Assembly (NCBI GenBank): GCA_964252035.1
Contig: OZ176202.1
Direction: 5' to 3' (one strand)
Origin: Podarcis erhardii
Taxonomy: Eukaryota
DNA: 64,000 bases
Positions 24,249 through 35,049 of the stretch are shown in pieces. The notes below the pieces were generated by a model that saw nothing but the letters and a program-made list of their open reading frames with translations, ran no database searches and was not told the DNA's origin. Made by a program: the position numbers and the translations under genes. Numbering within the stretch: the first letter of the stretch is position 1; each line of letters starts with the position of its first letter.

Positions 24249-24984
24249 TATAGTATAGTATAGTATAGTATAGTATAGTATAGTATAGTATAGTATAGTA
24301 CTATATATATATATATGTTAAATGTTAAATGAGTATAGGAAGATCACGTTTCTGCAAGGATTGAGATGGAGGAGAAATCCATTGAGCTGCATTTTCAAGA
24401 AAACTGTCCTCATTCACAGGTCTTGACTCAATCAGAAAACACACTTCTCTGAATTTTGCAATACAAAATAATGGTTTAAAATAATGAGCACAAAAATGTT
24501 ACTTTTATGGGGAAATGTGTACAAAATGCATATTTCAGGGAAAGAATGGGTGCAAAATGTGCACAATTTAAATTTTGATTTTGGTGTGTGGTTGTTAAGA
24601 TAATCTGCAAAGAAAATCCAAATGAACATACCTATGATTAAGCACACTGAAGGGAAGGAGGCTTTTTTACCCATCCTTTGAAAAATGCACACATCACCAT
24701 TAAACAATAAACAGATGTTTGTATGATCATGGAGCTAGGAGATCCATGTATTGCAACTCTTCCCCTTCTCCCTTGATGAAACCACATCTGCATCGCACAT
24801 ATTTTTATAGATTTTGCATCCAGAATATTCAAGGAAAGGAATAGAAACAAGCAAGGCTCACTATACACCTGAGAAAAGAATTCTGCTCCCTTTCTAGTTA
24901 CCACCACTAGCTCAATGCAGCAAATTTTAAGAACCTATTTCATCCCCTGAGAGATTCTCCCCTAATTGCTGCACAAAAGGTGAT

Positions 24985-25545
24985 TGTGGTGGTGGTGGGG
25001 ATTTTGCACTGAGATTTCCACTGGAAAGCTAATAGTTTAGGAATGCAGTTAATGGGTTAATTCTCCATGAGTCAGCAGAGATGACTCATTCCCCCACAAT
25101 GCACCTCAGGCATCTTGTTACTCTCTTATTGGGCTACTGGGCTGATTTGGCAAGTAACTGTGTATAAAAGGGCTCCGGTTACAGCATCATGGTTGGGGAC
25201 TGCAGGAGTTGTTGAAGGCTAGCTGTTGAAACTGTGGAGTTGAGGGAAGACTTTTTGAAGAGCGTATCTGAGGAAGGAGTTGGAAATTTCAGAATTCAGA
25301 GAACTTGTATCAGTTGCAGGATTTTGCAGGCAACTGAACTGGCTATGGACTTTAATATAGCAAGAACTCAGAAGCAAAGAACCCTCTCTGGGCTCAGTGA
25401 GAGATGGCTATTGTACGGTCTTAAATAGTGTGTGTATGTAGCCTGGTATGTGTTGTTTGCTTAGTAAAGACAGCTTTGCTAAATGACTGTTTCCTGTGGC
25501 GAGCTTAACCACTTAACTGAGCTTCTGCAGCACATATACACAACT
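24985..25545 (+). mobile_element. Possible old solo LTR
   Basis: TGAGTCA/TGACTCA sites, TATA-like TGTATAAAAG at ~25162 and an AGTAAA polyA-like signal; termini and TSD unresolved. Confidence 0.3.
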
Positions 25546-25616
25546 CCAACACAATTCCATGCACACGTTTGCAAATTAAACCCACACCATGTTTAGTATT
25601 GAACTAAAATTAAAGG

Positions 25617-25772
25617 CGGACGACAGAGGACGAGATGGTTGGACAGTGTTCTCGAAGCTACAAACATGAGTCTGATCAAACTGTGGGAGGCAGTGGAAGA
25701 CAGGAGTGCCTGGTGTGCTCTGGTCCATGGGGTAACGAAGAGTCGGACACGACTAAATGACTAAACAACAAC
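25617..25772 (+). mobile_element. Bov-B 3' fragment
   Basis: Same terminal sequence as 17294-17660; perfect 11-bp TSD AAAATTAAAGG (25606-25616, 25773-25783). Confidence 0.9.
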
Positions 25773-26619
25773 AAAATTAAAGGGAGAGAAATGTCAGCAA
25801 CGAGTGACATACTTTAAGCATCCCTTGCTCCTGAAATTTTCTTAGAAATTTCTCTTCTACTCTGCAAAAAAAAAAAGGGGGGAGGGGGATTTGCCAGGGA
25901 TATGGTAATGAATTGATATGCAAAAATGGAAGAGGAATTACAGCTCACCACTAGTTGGCATTGAGTCTCCTGCATGGCCACTCAAGGTAACACACATCTT
26001 CTTTCCTTTGCACCAGGACAAAATACCACTCCATCCCTGCAAATAATATGACATATTTAAATTTGCTTTACCATCTACTGTATATGTAGTGTTTACCTGG
26101 ATTTAAAGTTGAGATTGGTTTTTTAAAAAGTTGATGCTTTGTGCATAAGGGACTCCACAGCACCTTTATAGGAAGGATTTGGCTAGTTCAGATCGAGGTT
26201 GGAGATGCTGGAAATGAGGCCTCTGATTCAGGCATGTCCCCTGGTGTTTTCCTTCTAGTCAGAAAGAAATTATTATTCTGTTTTGTTTTGGAGAAATCCT
26301 TGATAATTTTGGGTGTTCACACACTCTTACATTATATCCCTTTGGTGTGGGGACTAATAGATGGACAACAAAAGTGAATTCTGTAAGCTAGTGGCTAGGA
26401 GACTTACACTGAAAAGCTAGAAATACAAATACCACATACTACTAAGTGGTCTGAATATCTCACTGCCCTTTCTATGTTTAAATGCATGGATTAGAATTGT
26501 CATTCTCATTTAAATACCTATTTGGACACATGGATGGCCTGTTTGTTTAAATTAGGACTGATATGTTTAAATTAGGACTGACTGAATACTCTTTTTGTTA
26601 TATAATAACTTATAATAAT

Positions 26620-26754
26620 AATTTATTATTTATACCCCGCCCATCTGGCTGGGTTTTCCCAGCCACTCTGAGTGGCTCCCAACTGAATATTAAAAACACA
26701 ATACAGCATTAAACATTAAAAACTTCCCTGAATAGGGCTGCTTTCAGATGTCTT
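26620..26754 (-). mobile_element. L2 3' terminal fragment
   Basis: Closely similar to the 21089-21230 and 63185-63304 segments (TTTATACCCCGCCCATCTGGCTGGG...). Confidence 0.8.
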
Positions 26755-27739
26755 AATAATAATAATTTACCTGTAAGTGTTCTTCTCTTCTCTTCTCTTC
26801 CTGCTATATCTTCAAACACATGAAGATATAACACATAAATTGTGGACAATGGATCTTTTCTCTGTTCAAATTTGTGCCCTCAAATAAACTTTGGGACACA
26901 TCAATCTGGCCGCAGGTGAGAGAACTGCGTGTTATACACCTGAGCTGTAATCCCATATATAGTCTGCCTCACTTTCAATGTGTTTTAAACCCCAGAGCTC
27001 AGTGCTGGATTTTGCCCCTTGGTTATTCCATTTTTTGCCAGAGCAAGCAGCAGAAGGGGACTTGATTCTGGCCTCTGCTATTGGCTTATACCTAGCACTC
27101 AGTTCAGTCTGATGGCAACCCAGGATTACTAGCCAAAAGGCTCGTTCTGAACATACAAGCATAGCCAGACAAATGAGTGTGAATCTTTTCATACTCCTCA
27201 AAGGAATTTATTTATTTTATTGAAATCAGAAAACAGACAGATACGTCTTAAAGAAGTGAATATGAGGAGGGTGGGAACAAGGGAATAAGATAATTCCCCC
27301 CTCCTTCCCACCACACTGACATATCCAGTTGGGAGAACAGTACAAAAACTTGGGGTGTGAGGAGCGACAACAGAATGGCATGAATGCCTGCTATTAAAAA
27401 GTAGGCGTAGCTGGAGGAGATGCTAACATGCTTTTGTCTTTGCTGAAAGGGATGGAATTTTTATAAGTTCAGATCCTAAGGGAGAAGAAAGGCATTGCTG
27501 TGCTGTGTCGTGCTACAGTAAGAGATGTTTAGCAGCCACAGGCCTGCAGTTCACATTGATGCATATTTTTATTTTTTATTACATTTCTATACTGCCCTTC
27601 CTACAAGGATCACAGGATGGTTTACAATATAAAAAAAACCTTAGCTAATGTATGTATTTACATGTGTATGTACTCGGAATGCTCACAAAATATTTTCCCA
27701 TCCAAATGTATGAGGTTTGGAATTACTTTGGTGTTGCTT

Positions 27740-28048
27740 CAGGGCCGGATTTAGGTTTGATGAGGCCCTAAGCTACTGAAGGTAATGGGGCCTTTTATAT
27801 GTCCAACTATCCTTTGTCAACAACAAATTGTTGCGGTTTTTTGTTTTGAATATATGGTAATTTATGGACCTAATAGGTATCTAAAGCCATTTGCCACTGT
27901 TGCTGCAGGTAGGTTTTATTTTATTTGTTTTTTATCTTATATTTTGGAAATGTACATCCAGTTTTTTTCCTTTAATTTTTTTGAGGGCCCCCAAGAGAGT
28001 GGGGCCCTAAGCTATAGCTTGTTTAGCTTATACGTAAATCCGGCACCG
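27740..28048. mobile_element. hAT MITE
   Basis: TIR CAGGGCCGGATTTA/TAAATCCGGCACCG; perfect 8-bp TSD TGTTGCTT (27732-27739, 28049-28056). Confidence 0.9.
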
Positions 28049-28363
28049 TGTTGCTTATCAAACCCTTCTCCCATTTTCAAACATTTTTGGGCTTCAGTTT
28101 GCTGCTCCTCAGGCCTGTCTTTCCCATCAACACACTTTAGAGGCCACTAATGCACAGGAGTGCAAATGCACATTGACGAAATCACAGAGCAAAGAGGGAT
28201 TCTGCTGTCACCAGGGTGCTCCTGGCAAACACTTTCAATTGCTTTGTCTGCCTTGTCCTAAGTGAAGTTGTCACAAAGCCGATGCTGATTGGCCACTTTT
28301 AGCGCTGTGATAATCAGACAGTTGCTTTTACAAGTTTTTGCATCAGGTTTTAAATCAAGTTTA

Positions 28364-28654
28364 AACAAAACAAATTCCTTCCAGTAGCACCTTAAAGACC
28401 AACTAAGTCAGTTCTTGGTATGAGCTTTCGTGTGCATGCACACTTCTTCAGATACACTGAAACAGAAGTTTCCAGACCCTTCTATATAGTGAGAAGGTGG
28501 GGAGGGGTATTATTCAGAAGGGTGGTGGGAATGGGTGATTGGCAGATAGCTGTGATGAGCCTGTTGATGACTCTTAACGACTGCAATAGCTATTGAAGAA
28601 TCTGAAGAAGTGTGTTTTGACTATGGCAGACCAACACGGCTACCTATCTGTAAC
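28364..28654. mobile_element. Penelope-like element remnant with inverted pseudo-LTR segments
   Basis: Perfect 13-bp TSD TAAATCAAGTTTA (28351-28363, 28655-28667); ATCTGAAGAAGTGTG occurs on the minus strand (~28441-28453) and on the plus strand (~28599-28613). Confidence 0.85.
28418..28455 (-). ncRNA. Minimal type I hammerhead ribozyme
   Basis: Minus strand GUAU CUGAAGA A GUGUGCAUGCACAC GAA AGCU C AUAC: stem I GUAU/AUAC, core CUGANGA, stem II GUGUG/CACAC, GAAA, palindromic AGCU stem III, C17 cleavage site. Confidence 0.8.
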
Positions 28655-29229
28655 TAAATCAAGTTTAGTTAGGCACTCGTGCACAGTGGTCACCTGTAAG
28701 GAGAAAAACAATAGTGTGAGCTAAAAAGTGCTGTGCAAGGTGCATATATATATATAAACAATTCTGAGATTAAATTTAGAAATTTTCTATGCCAAGCCTG
28801 AAAGCAGGAAGAGGGGAATACAAGGCACAGAATAATAGAATAATCCACTCATCCCTAAAAATCTGGGCTGGTCCAAGACATGTTGCCCATTTAGGTAGAA
28901 TGGCCATAGCTCCATACATGGAGAATGCTCCAGGTTCAATCCCCAGGTTTTGTTTTGTCTTTGGCCCTGCCCACTTGTGCCCACCCTCTTCAGTCTTTGA
29001 CCTCACCCACTTCTGCATCTCCCCCCCCCACCCTTAGAATGTGACCCTCAGAAGTTTGGCCACCTTAAAATCCTGCCCTCAGGCTTCCAGTTCCTGGTGC
29101 TGACAATACTGAGCTAGACGAATCAAAGGCCGGTCTTAGTAAAAAGTTTCCCACACTCCTATGTTGCCCCCTCTCCTCCAAGAAGGTGCAGGCATTGTAT
29201 CCAAATGCCCTAGTCAACTTAGTTTAGAC

Positions 29230-29621
29230 CAGGGGTCAGCAACCTTTTCCAGCCGTGGGCCGGTCCACCGTCCCTCAGACCGTGTGGTGGGCTGGACTAT
29301 ATTTTGAAAAAAAATATGAACGAATTCCTATGCCCCACAAATAACCCAGAAATGCATTTTAAATAAAAGCACACATTCTACTCATGTAAAAACAACAGGC
29401 AGGCCCCACAAATGACCCAGAGATGCATTTTAAATAAAAGCGCACATTCTACTCATGTAAAAACACCAGGCAGGCCCCACTAATAATCCCGAGATGCATT
29501 TTAAATAAAAGGACACATTCTACTCATGTAAAAACACGCTGATTCCCAAACCGTCCGTGAGCTGGATTTAGAAGGCAATTGGGCCGGATCTGGCCCCTGG
29601 ACCTTAGATTGCTTACCCCTG
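29230..29621. mobile_element. hAT (Charlie-like) MITE with three internal ~70-bp tandem repeats
   Basis: CAGGGGT...ACCCCTG termini; perfect 8-bp TSD GTTTAGAC (29222-29229, 29622-29629); repeats at 29333-29536. Confidence 0.9.
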
Positions 29622-30469
29622 GTTTAGACTGTATTTCTTTCTGAAGGAATAAAAAGTGAATTGCCACTTGTTGGGAGCACCAGAAACCACAATGACACTG
29701 GAATTTAGGGAGTTTGTGAACCAATTTAGGATGATTTGTGAATGGCAGAACCTGACACCGGAATGCAAGAACCTCACCCAAATTACTCCTGTTTGTACAT
29801 AGAGCCAATGCACACCCCTAGTTAAAATAACAACACAGTAATAATAAACCGAATAACTAAGAATAGGTGGAACAATCTGACCTCCCCTCACAATTGAGTG
29901 GATTGAGTGGACAGGTTGTCTGCAACCTGCCAATCACCAAATATGTATGCAAGAGGCATCCTGGTGATATCCCAGTTGGTGGTGGTCAGAGGAATGCCCC
30001 CAAACGGGGGCTTTCTGAAGGAGGGGAGAGCTCTGCTGGATACTGAGCTAATTTCACTGTTGATGGCATCAGACCTGTTCCACACCCTGGAGGAGGGTTG
30101 GACCCAATTGTTTGTGTCCTTCCCCCCACCAGCTTTCGCTGTGGTTGCCACAGGCCTCCAGGTTGCAAACGCAGCTATGCCACTCACCAGAGCCCTGCTG
30201 GCACAGATTGGGGGGGGGGGTTAGCTTGCACCCTTAGCTATTCAGTTTGTTTATTCCCAAAATCAATTGTCCGAGCCACTCTGCCTCATGGTAGGGCTGC
30301 CCTTAGTGAGTTGTATTATCTCAGCCATAGGAACACACATGGTGCTTTCATTAATGGGGCAGGGACTTGGTTGCAATGCCAGGATGTACGGTTTTCCTGT
30401 TTGCAAAATTGATTTATTTATAGAGCAAAGTGAATGAGAATCCCTCTCACTCCTTCCAGGCGCGCGCGT

Positions 30470-30506
<37 letters not shown>

Positions 30507-31175
30507 TTTATGGCTCCCCAGCTCAGAAGTGCAATAACTTTTCTACCAGAGAATGTAATTTCTCCCACATCTTTATATATAGCTGCAGCATGAGAGATCG
30601 TTTGCTAAATATATGAAAAACAAAAACAAAATGCTCTCAGTCTGCAGCTTGAGGTTTTCTTTCAGTGGCTTTCACCACCCCACAAATCCATCAACAGACA
30701 TGCACAAATGCGTCTGTGGCTAAGAGTCCTGACCTGTCCAGACAAATAAATTAGAGGCAAGGCAAACAGATTCACGTATTTTATTGCATTTATTTATTTT
30801 TGGTAAACAACCATTCTCTGTGGTGGTTTGTTTGTTTTTTAGTCCTCCTTGCAAAAATATTCACTTACTTATCTCTCTCACATTCTCTCTCAATGAAAGT
30901 ACCGCACAGCCAAATCTCGTTGGCCATGGAGTACTGTGATATTATCCCATAATACTGTGTGATCCCTGATTGAGTTGGACCACTGATGTGGAAATAGCTC
31001 CAAAAAAAGCATGCACCAGAGGAAGCAGTAATGCTGAAAAGGGTTTTTAAAAGGTAAATATTGCAGAATCGACTTTTTTTTTTAAATGAAAAGGTTCTGC
31101 CCTAAATTGCTAGAATCAACACAAAACTTAAAACTGGATATTTGGTGCTGCTTTAGATATCATAGATTATAAATT

Positions 31176-31278
31176 ATAGAATCATAGAGCTGTAGAGTTG
31201 AAAAACACCACAAGGGTCATCTAGTCCAACCCCCCAATTCCCAATGTGGGAATTGAACCACGACCCTGAGATTATGAG
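31176..31278 (-). mobile_element. tRNA-Lys-derived SINE, 3' part (anticodon arm onward plus CR1-type tail)
   Basis: Minus strand CTCATAATCTCAGGGTCGTGGTTCAATTCCCACATTGGG...GGGGTTGGACTAGATGACCC...CTATGATTCTAT. Confidence 0.75.
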
Positions 31279-32089
31279 CAGGGCCAGATTTAGATGAAGA
31301 GAGGCCCTAGGCTACTCCACTTGTGAGGCCCCTCCCCATCCCCACCCTCACGACTAGAAGAAAATGTTATAAACAAAACTGAGTGAAGCCAAGGATGATG
31401 AGAGATATTTAATATTCTGCAATTCACAATTTCTCCTCTAAAGGACATTGTTAAATGTTACTGTTAAATACCATGGTGATTTTTTTAAAAAGGCATAAAT
31501 GTTAAAATTAACACTGAAAAACTTTTGGAATAACTGAACTTTGTAAGCCTTTTATGGACTAAGCATTATTTTTTAGGAAAATGAAGTTGTAATGTTATTC
31601 TTAAAAAAACAACACCATGAGTTTACAAATTATATTGCCCGGGAAGTGTAAATAATATGATCATAGTTACCTGACAGTGTGGCACTTTTAGAATCTATTT
31701 CATGTTGTCATCAAACAGTCATTTAAGGAGACTGAGGATTAGAAACCGCCTTCTCACGTCTTCCCTGTTTGGATGTTCAGATTGTTTGGGGTGATCAAAA
31801 ACTACTACAGAGGCTTTAAATATCACATTACAGGGGTAAGATGGAGCTTATCCACAACTTTCCCCATCAGATGCACACTGAGCCGAAAGAACTGATTTCC
31901 CAGCACCTGTCCTGCAGTTAAGATATATCATGTGATTTTTAAAAAATATGCTCCTTGATTGTCTACTCACTCAAATGACATTAAAATTAGTCAAAACAAA
32001 CAAATGAGAACTAGAAAGGACCCCAGAGATAAAAAATAAGCTTCAAGCTGCCTTGGGAGACAGGTGGGGTGGCTTCTCACCTGCATTTT

Positions 32090-33934
32090 GATTTCTGCTT
32101 TGAAAGAGGTAGAGATTCATAAGAGATTCATAAGAGTACTTGTTCATTTGTAGTCTCCAGTCCCCCAAATTGCAAATCAATCGGTATAATGCAAAGGACA
32201 CCTCTTTTTCTTGTCTTACTAGATCTTTGGCTGCCTCCAGTTTTAGGGAGACTCATGTTCCCCGAAAGAAATGATGTTTTCATTTAGCCGAAGGTCAAAT
32301 TGCTGCTTCTGAAGAAACAGCAGAACCTGGGTTGTCAACGAGAAAGAGTGCTTGCTCATCTTCTAGTTTCCAGTCCCCAAAATTGCAAATCTGTCAGGAT
32401 ATTGCGAAGAGCACCTGTTCTTCTCATCTTGCTAGATCTCGGGCTGCCTCAACTTCTAAAATGGTAGACATTCCCCCCAAGAACCTATGTAGTCCTTTAG
32501 GCAAAGGTCCAGTAGTACCTGTAAGAAGCAATAGTAGTATTTTGTTCTCACGAGGAGCTTTGTGCAAAATTGCAAAAAGAAATTGCAACATCCCAAATAA
32601 AGAAAAGTGCCTACAATGTGCAGGGGGGTCGAGAAAAGTCTGCTCTAAAGAGATTGGGACCAAAGTGTAATGAACTGGCAGGACAGCGGAGAGGAGGAAG
32701 AGGATACCAGTGAGGGGTGTGGCTGGGACTGGGATGCACCAGGGCAAGCTGGGGATGGGGAAGGAGAGACTGGTATAGGAAGTTCTCTTGGATTGTTGAA
32801 GGATGATGAGGGGATGGGGGGGTCAGTGTACAGGAACCAGAGCAGCAGGACCCATCACTAGAGTCAGAGGAGTCAGAGGGGTCCTGGCTCCATGAACACA
32901 GCGGGCTCTGAGGCATAGGAAGCAGTGAGTGGGGCACTCCAGAAGGCTAAGGTAGGCATAGGCAAACTCAGCCCTCCAGATGCTTTGGGACTACAGTTCC
33001 CATCACCCCTGACCACTGGTCCTGATAGCTAGGGATGATGGGAGTTGTAGGCCAAAAACATCTGGAGTGTTGGCCTAAGGCAAGCAAGGGCCCAGAGCCC
33101 AGCTCCCTAGCTGGCCAGGTGGGGCTCGCTAGCTCTGGGAGGAGGTGTGTGATTCCTCAGCTAGAGTAGGCTTGCAACAAGTGAGGGTCACATGCCTTAT
33201 CAAGCCCAGATTGACTCAGGACTTGACATACTGACTTGCCACCAGGTCTGCCAGGGGTTCAGGACACAAAACATCCCAGGAGACTTCTAGGTATGGTTAG
33301 CTGTCAGATTGTTGCTTCTGAAGAAACAACTGAACCTGGGTTGTTAATGAGAAATAATCTTCTCGTCTCCAGCCCCTAAAATTGCAAATCGATCAGGATA
33401 ATGCAAAGGATGCCTCTTCTTCTTGTCTTACTAGATCTTGGGCTGCCTCAACTTCTAAAATTGCAGGTGTTCTCCCCAAGAACCTATGTAGTCCTTTAGG
33501 CAAATGTCCAATAGTACCTTTAGAATCAGCAGTGGCAATCTGTATTTGTGAGGAGCTTCGTGCAGAATTGCAAAAAGAAACAGCAGCACCACAAATAAAG
33601 ACAAATGCTTGCAATAGGCAGGAGATTTGGGAAGAGTGTGCTCTAAAGAGATCAGAACCAAAGGTGGAAACATCCTAGGAGGCTTCTAGGCATGAGAGCT
33701 TTCAGGTTGCTGCTTCTGAAGAAACTAGGGAACCTGGACCTTGGGGTACCTCAACTTATAGGGTTGCAGACACTCCCCAAAAGAAACTATGTATTCATTT
33801 AGCCAGAGGTCCAATACCAATAGTAGTAATCCGTATTAAAGAGAGGCTTTATGCAGAATTGCAAAAAGAAACAGCAGCACCCCAAATAAAGGCAAGTGCT
33901 TGCAATGTGTAGGAGAGTCGGGAAGAGCTGTCAG
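32090..33934 (+). pseudogene. Decayed coding-like tandem array (four ~200-400-bp units), interrupted by an LTR
   Basis: Anchor GCTTCTGAAGAAAC at 32305, 33314 and 33712; the + frame gives recurring AASEET.EPG, AASTSK...PKNLCSPLGK and AELQKETAAPQIK, with a few stops and frameshifts. Confidence 0.45.
32666..33266 (+). mobile_element. Solo Gypsy-type LTR with a nested URR1-like MITE (32953-33072)
   Basis: TGTAATGAAC...GTTCAGGACA imperfect inverted ends, flanks CAAAG/CAAAA; the tandem-repeat unit resumes on the other side. Confidence 0.7.
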
Positions 33935-33962
33935 CCTCATGCTCTACCAACCGAGCTATTGG
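33935..33962 (-). mobile_element. tRNA-Lys-derived SINE, 5' part
   Basis: Minus strand TAGCTCGGTTGGTAGAGCATGAGG matches the D-arm half of tRNA-Lys(CTT) and stops where the 31278 piece begins. Confidence 0.65.
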
Positions 33963-34055
33963 TAATGATATTACAAAATATCAATTCACCAATATTCATA
34001 TAAAACACTGTATAAAGTGGTATCAGATGATGGGATGTGTCTGGTTACACAGGTT

Positions 34056-34392
34056 CAGTGGTGCCTCGCAAGATGAAAATAATCCGTTCCGCGAGTCTCT
34101 TCGTCTTGCGGTTTTTTCGTCTTGCGAACTAACCCTATTAGCGGCTTAGCGGATTAGCACTATTAGCGGCTTAGCGGCTCTTAGCGGCAAAGCGGCTAAG
34201 CGGCTATTAGCGGCTTAGCAGCTTAGAAAAAGGGGGGGAAGTGAAAAAAATCGCAAGACTCGCAAGACGTTCTCGTCTTGCGAAGCAAGCCCATAGGGAA
34301 ATTCGTCTTGCGAAGCACCTCGAAAAACGGAAAACCCTTTCGTCTAGCGGGTTTTTCGTCTTGCGAGGCATTCATATTGTGGGGCACCACTG
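34056..34392. mobile_element. Tc1/mariner MITE with internal TAGCGGC repeats
   Basis: CAGTGGTGCCTCGCAAGA...GGCACCACTG+TA; multiple TCGTCTTGCG subterminal repeats; CpG-rich. Confidence 0.8.
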
Positions 34393-35014
34393 TAGCAGAG
34401 GGTTATAAAGATGCTGCCCCAGTTTCAGTGGTGGTGGGCAGGGGAAGGTATAGTCAGAATGGAGCAGTTGACCAGCATCTGGGGCTGTTTCAGTCCACTG
34501 ACTCCTCCAGAAGTTACTGAAGTAGCTCATCTGTTGAGCCCTTGGCTCTGATGGTGCTGTTAGTGAGTTCCAAGCCAGTCCATGAGAAGGCCATGTTCAT
34601 CCACAAGTCAATCATGGAGGAAGAAGCTGACACAGAGGTGCCCTCAAGATTAGGGGGGGCTGGTGCACATCACGTGTGTGTGACATCACACGTGTTGTGC
34701 GTTGACACTGTGCAGGCCGGTGCAGCATTCTGCTAGGCTGTGCTGGTTCCGCAGTGTTGGGAGACACTGCGCAGGCTGCTGTGACCTCATGCCAGGCCAG
34801 GCTGGTCCTTGAGGCATCTCCCAACACCATGCAGCCTTCCACAATGTTATGTGATCCAGACACACAGATGTTAAAGTGTTTTAAGCTGCCTTAATGTTAA
34901 TTTTAATCATTTTTTAAACATTTGTAATTGTTTTTAACTTCCATTATAATCAAATGATATAGAAATTATGATAGTAGATAGGTAGATGATTATGATGATA
35001 GATGATAGATAGAT

Positions 35015-35049
<35 letters not shown>

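Noticed and set aside
29333-29536. Regularly spaced repeats superficially like a CRISPR array
   Set aside because: Eukaryotic context, no unique spacers, and the repeats lie inside a TSD-bounded hAT MITE.
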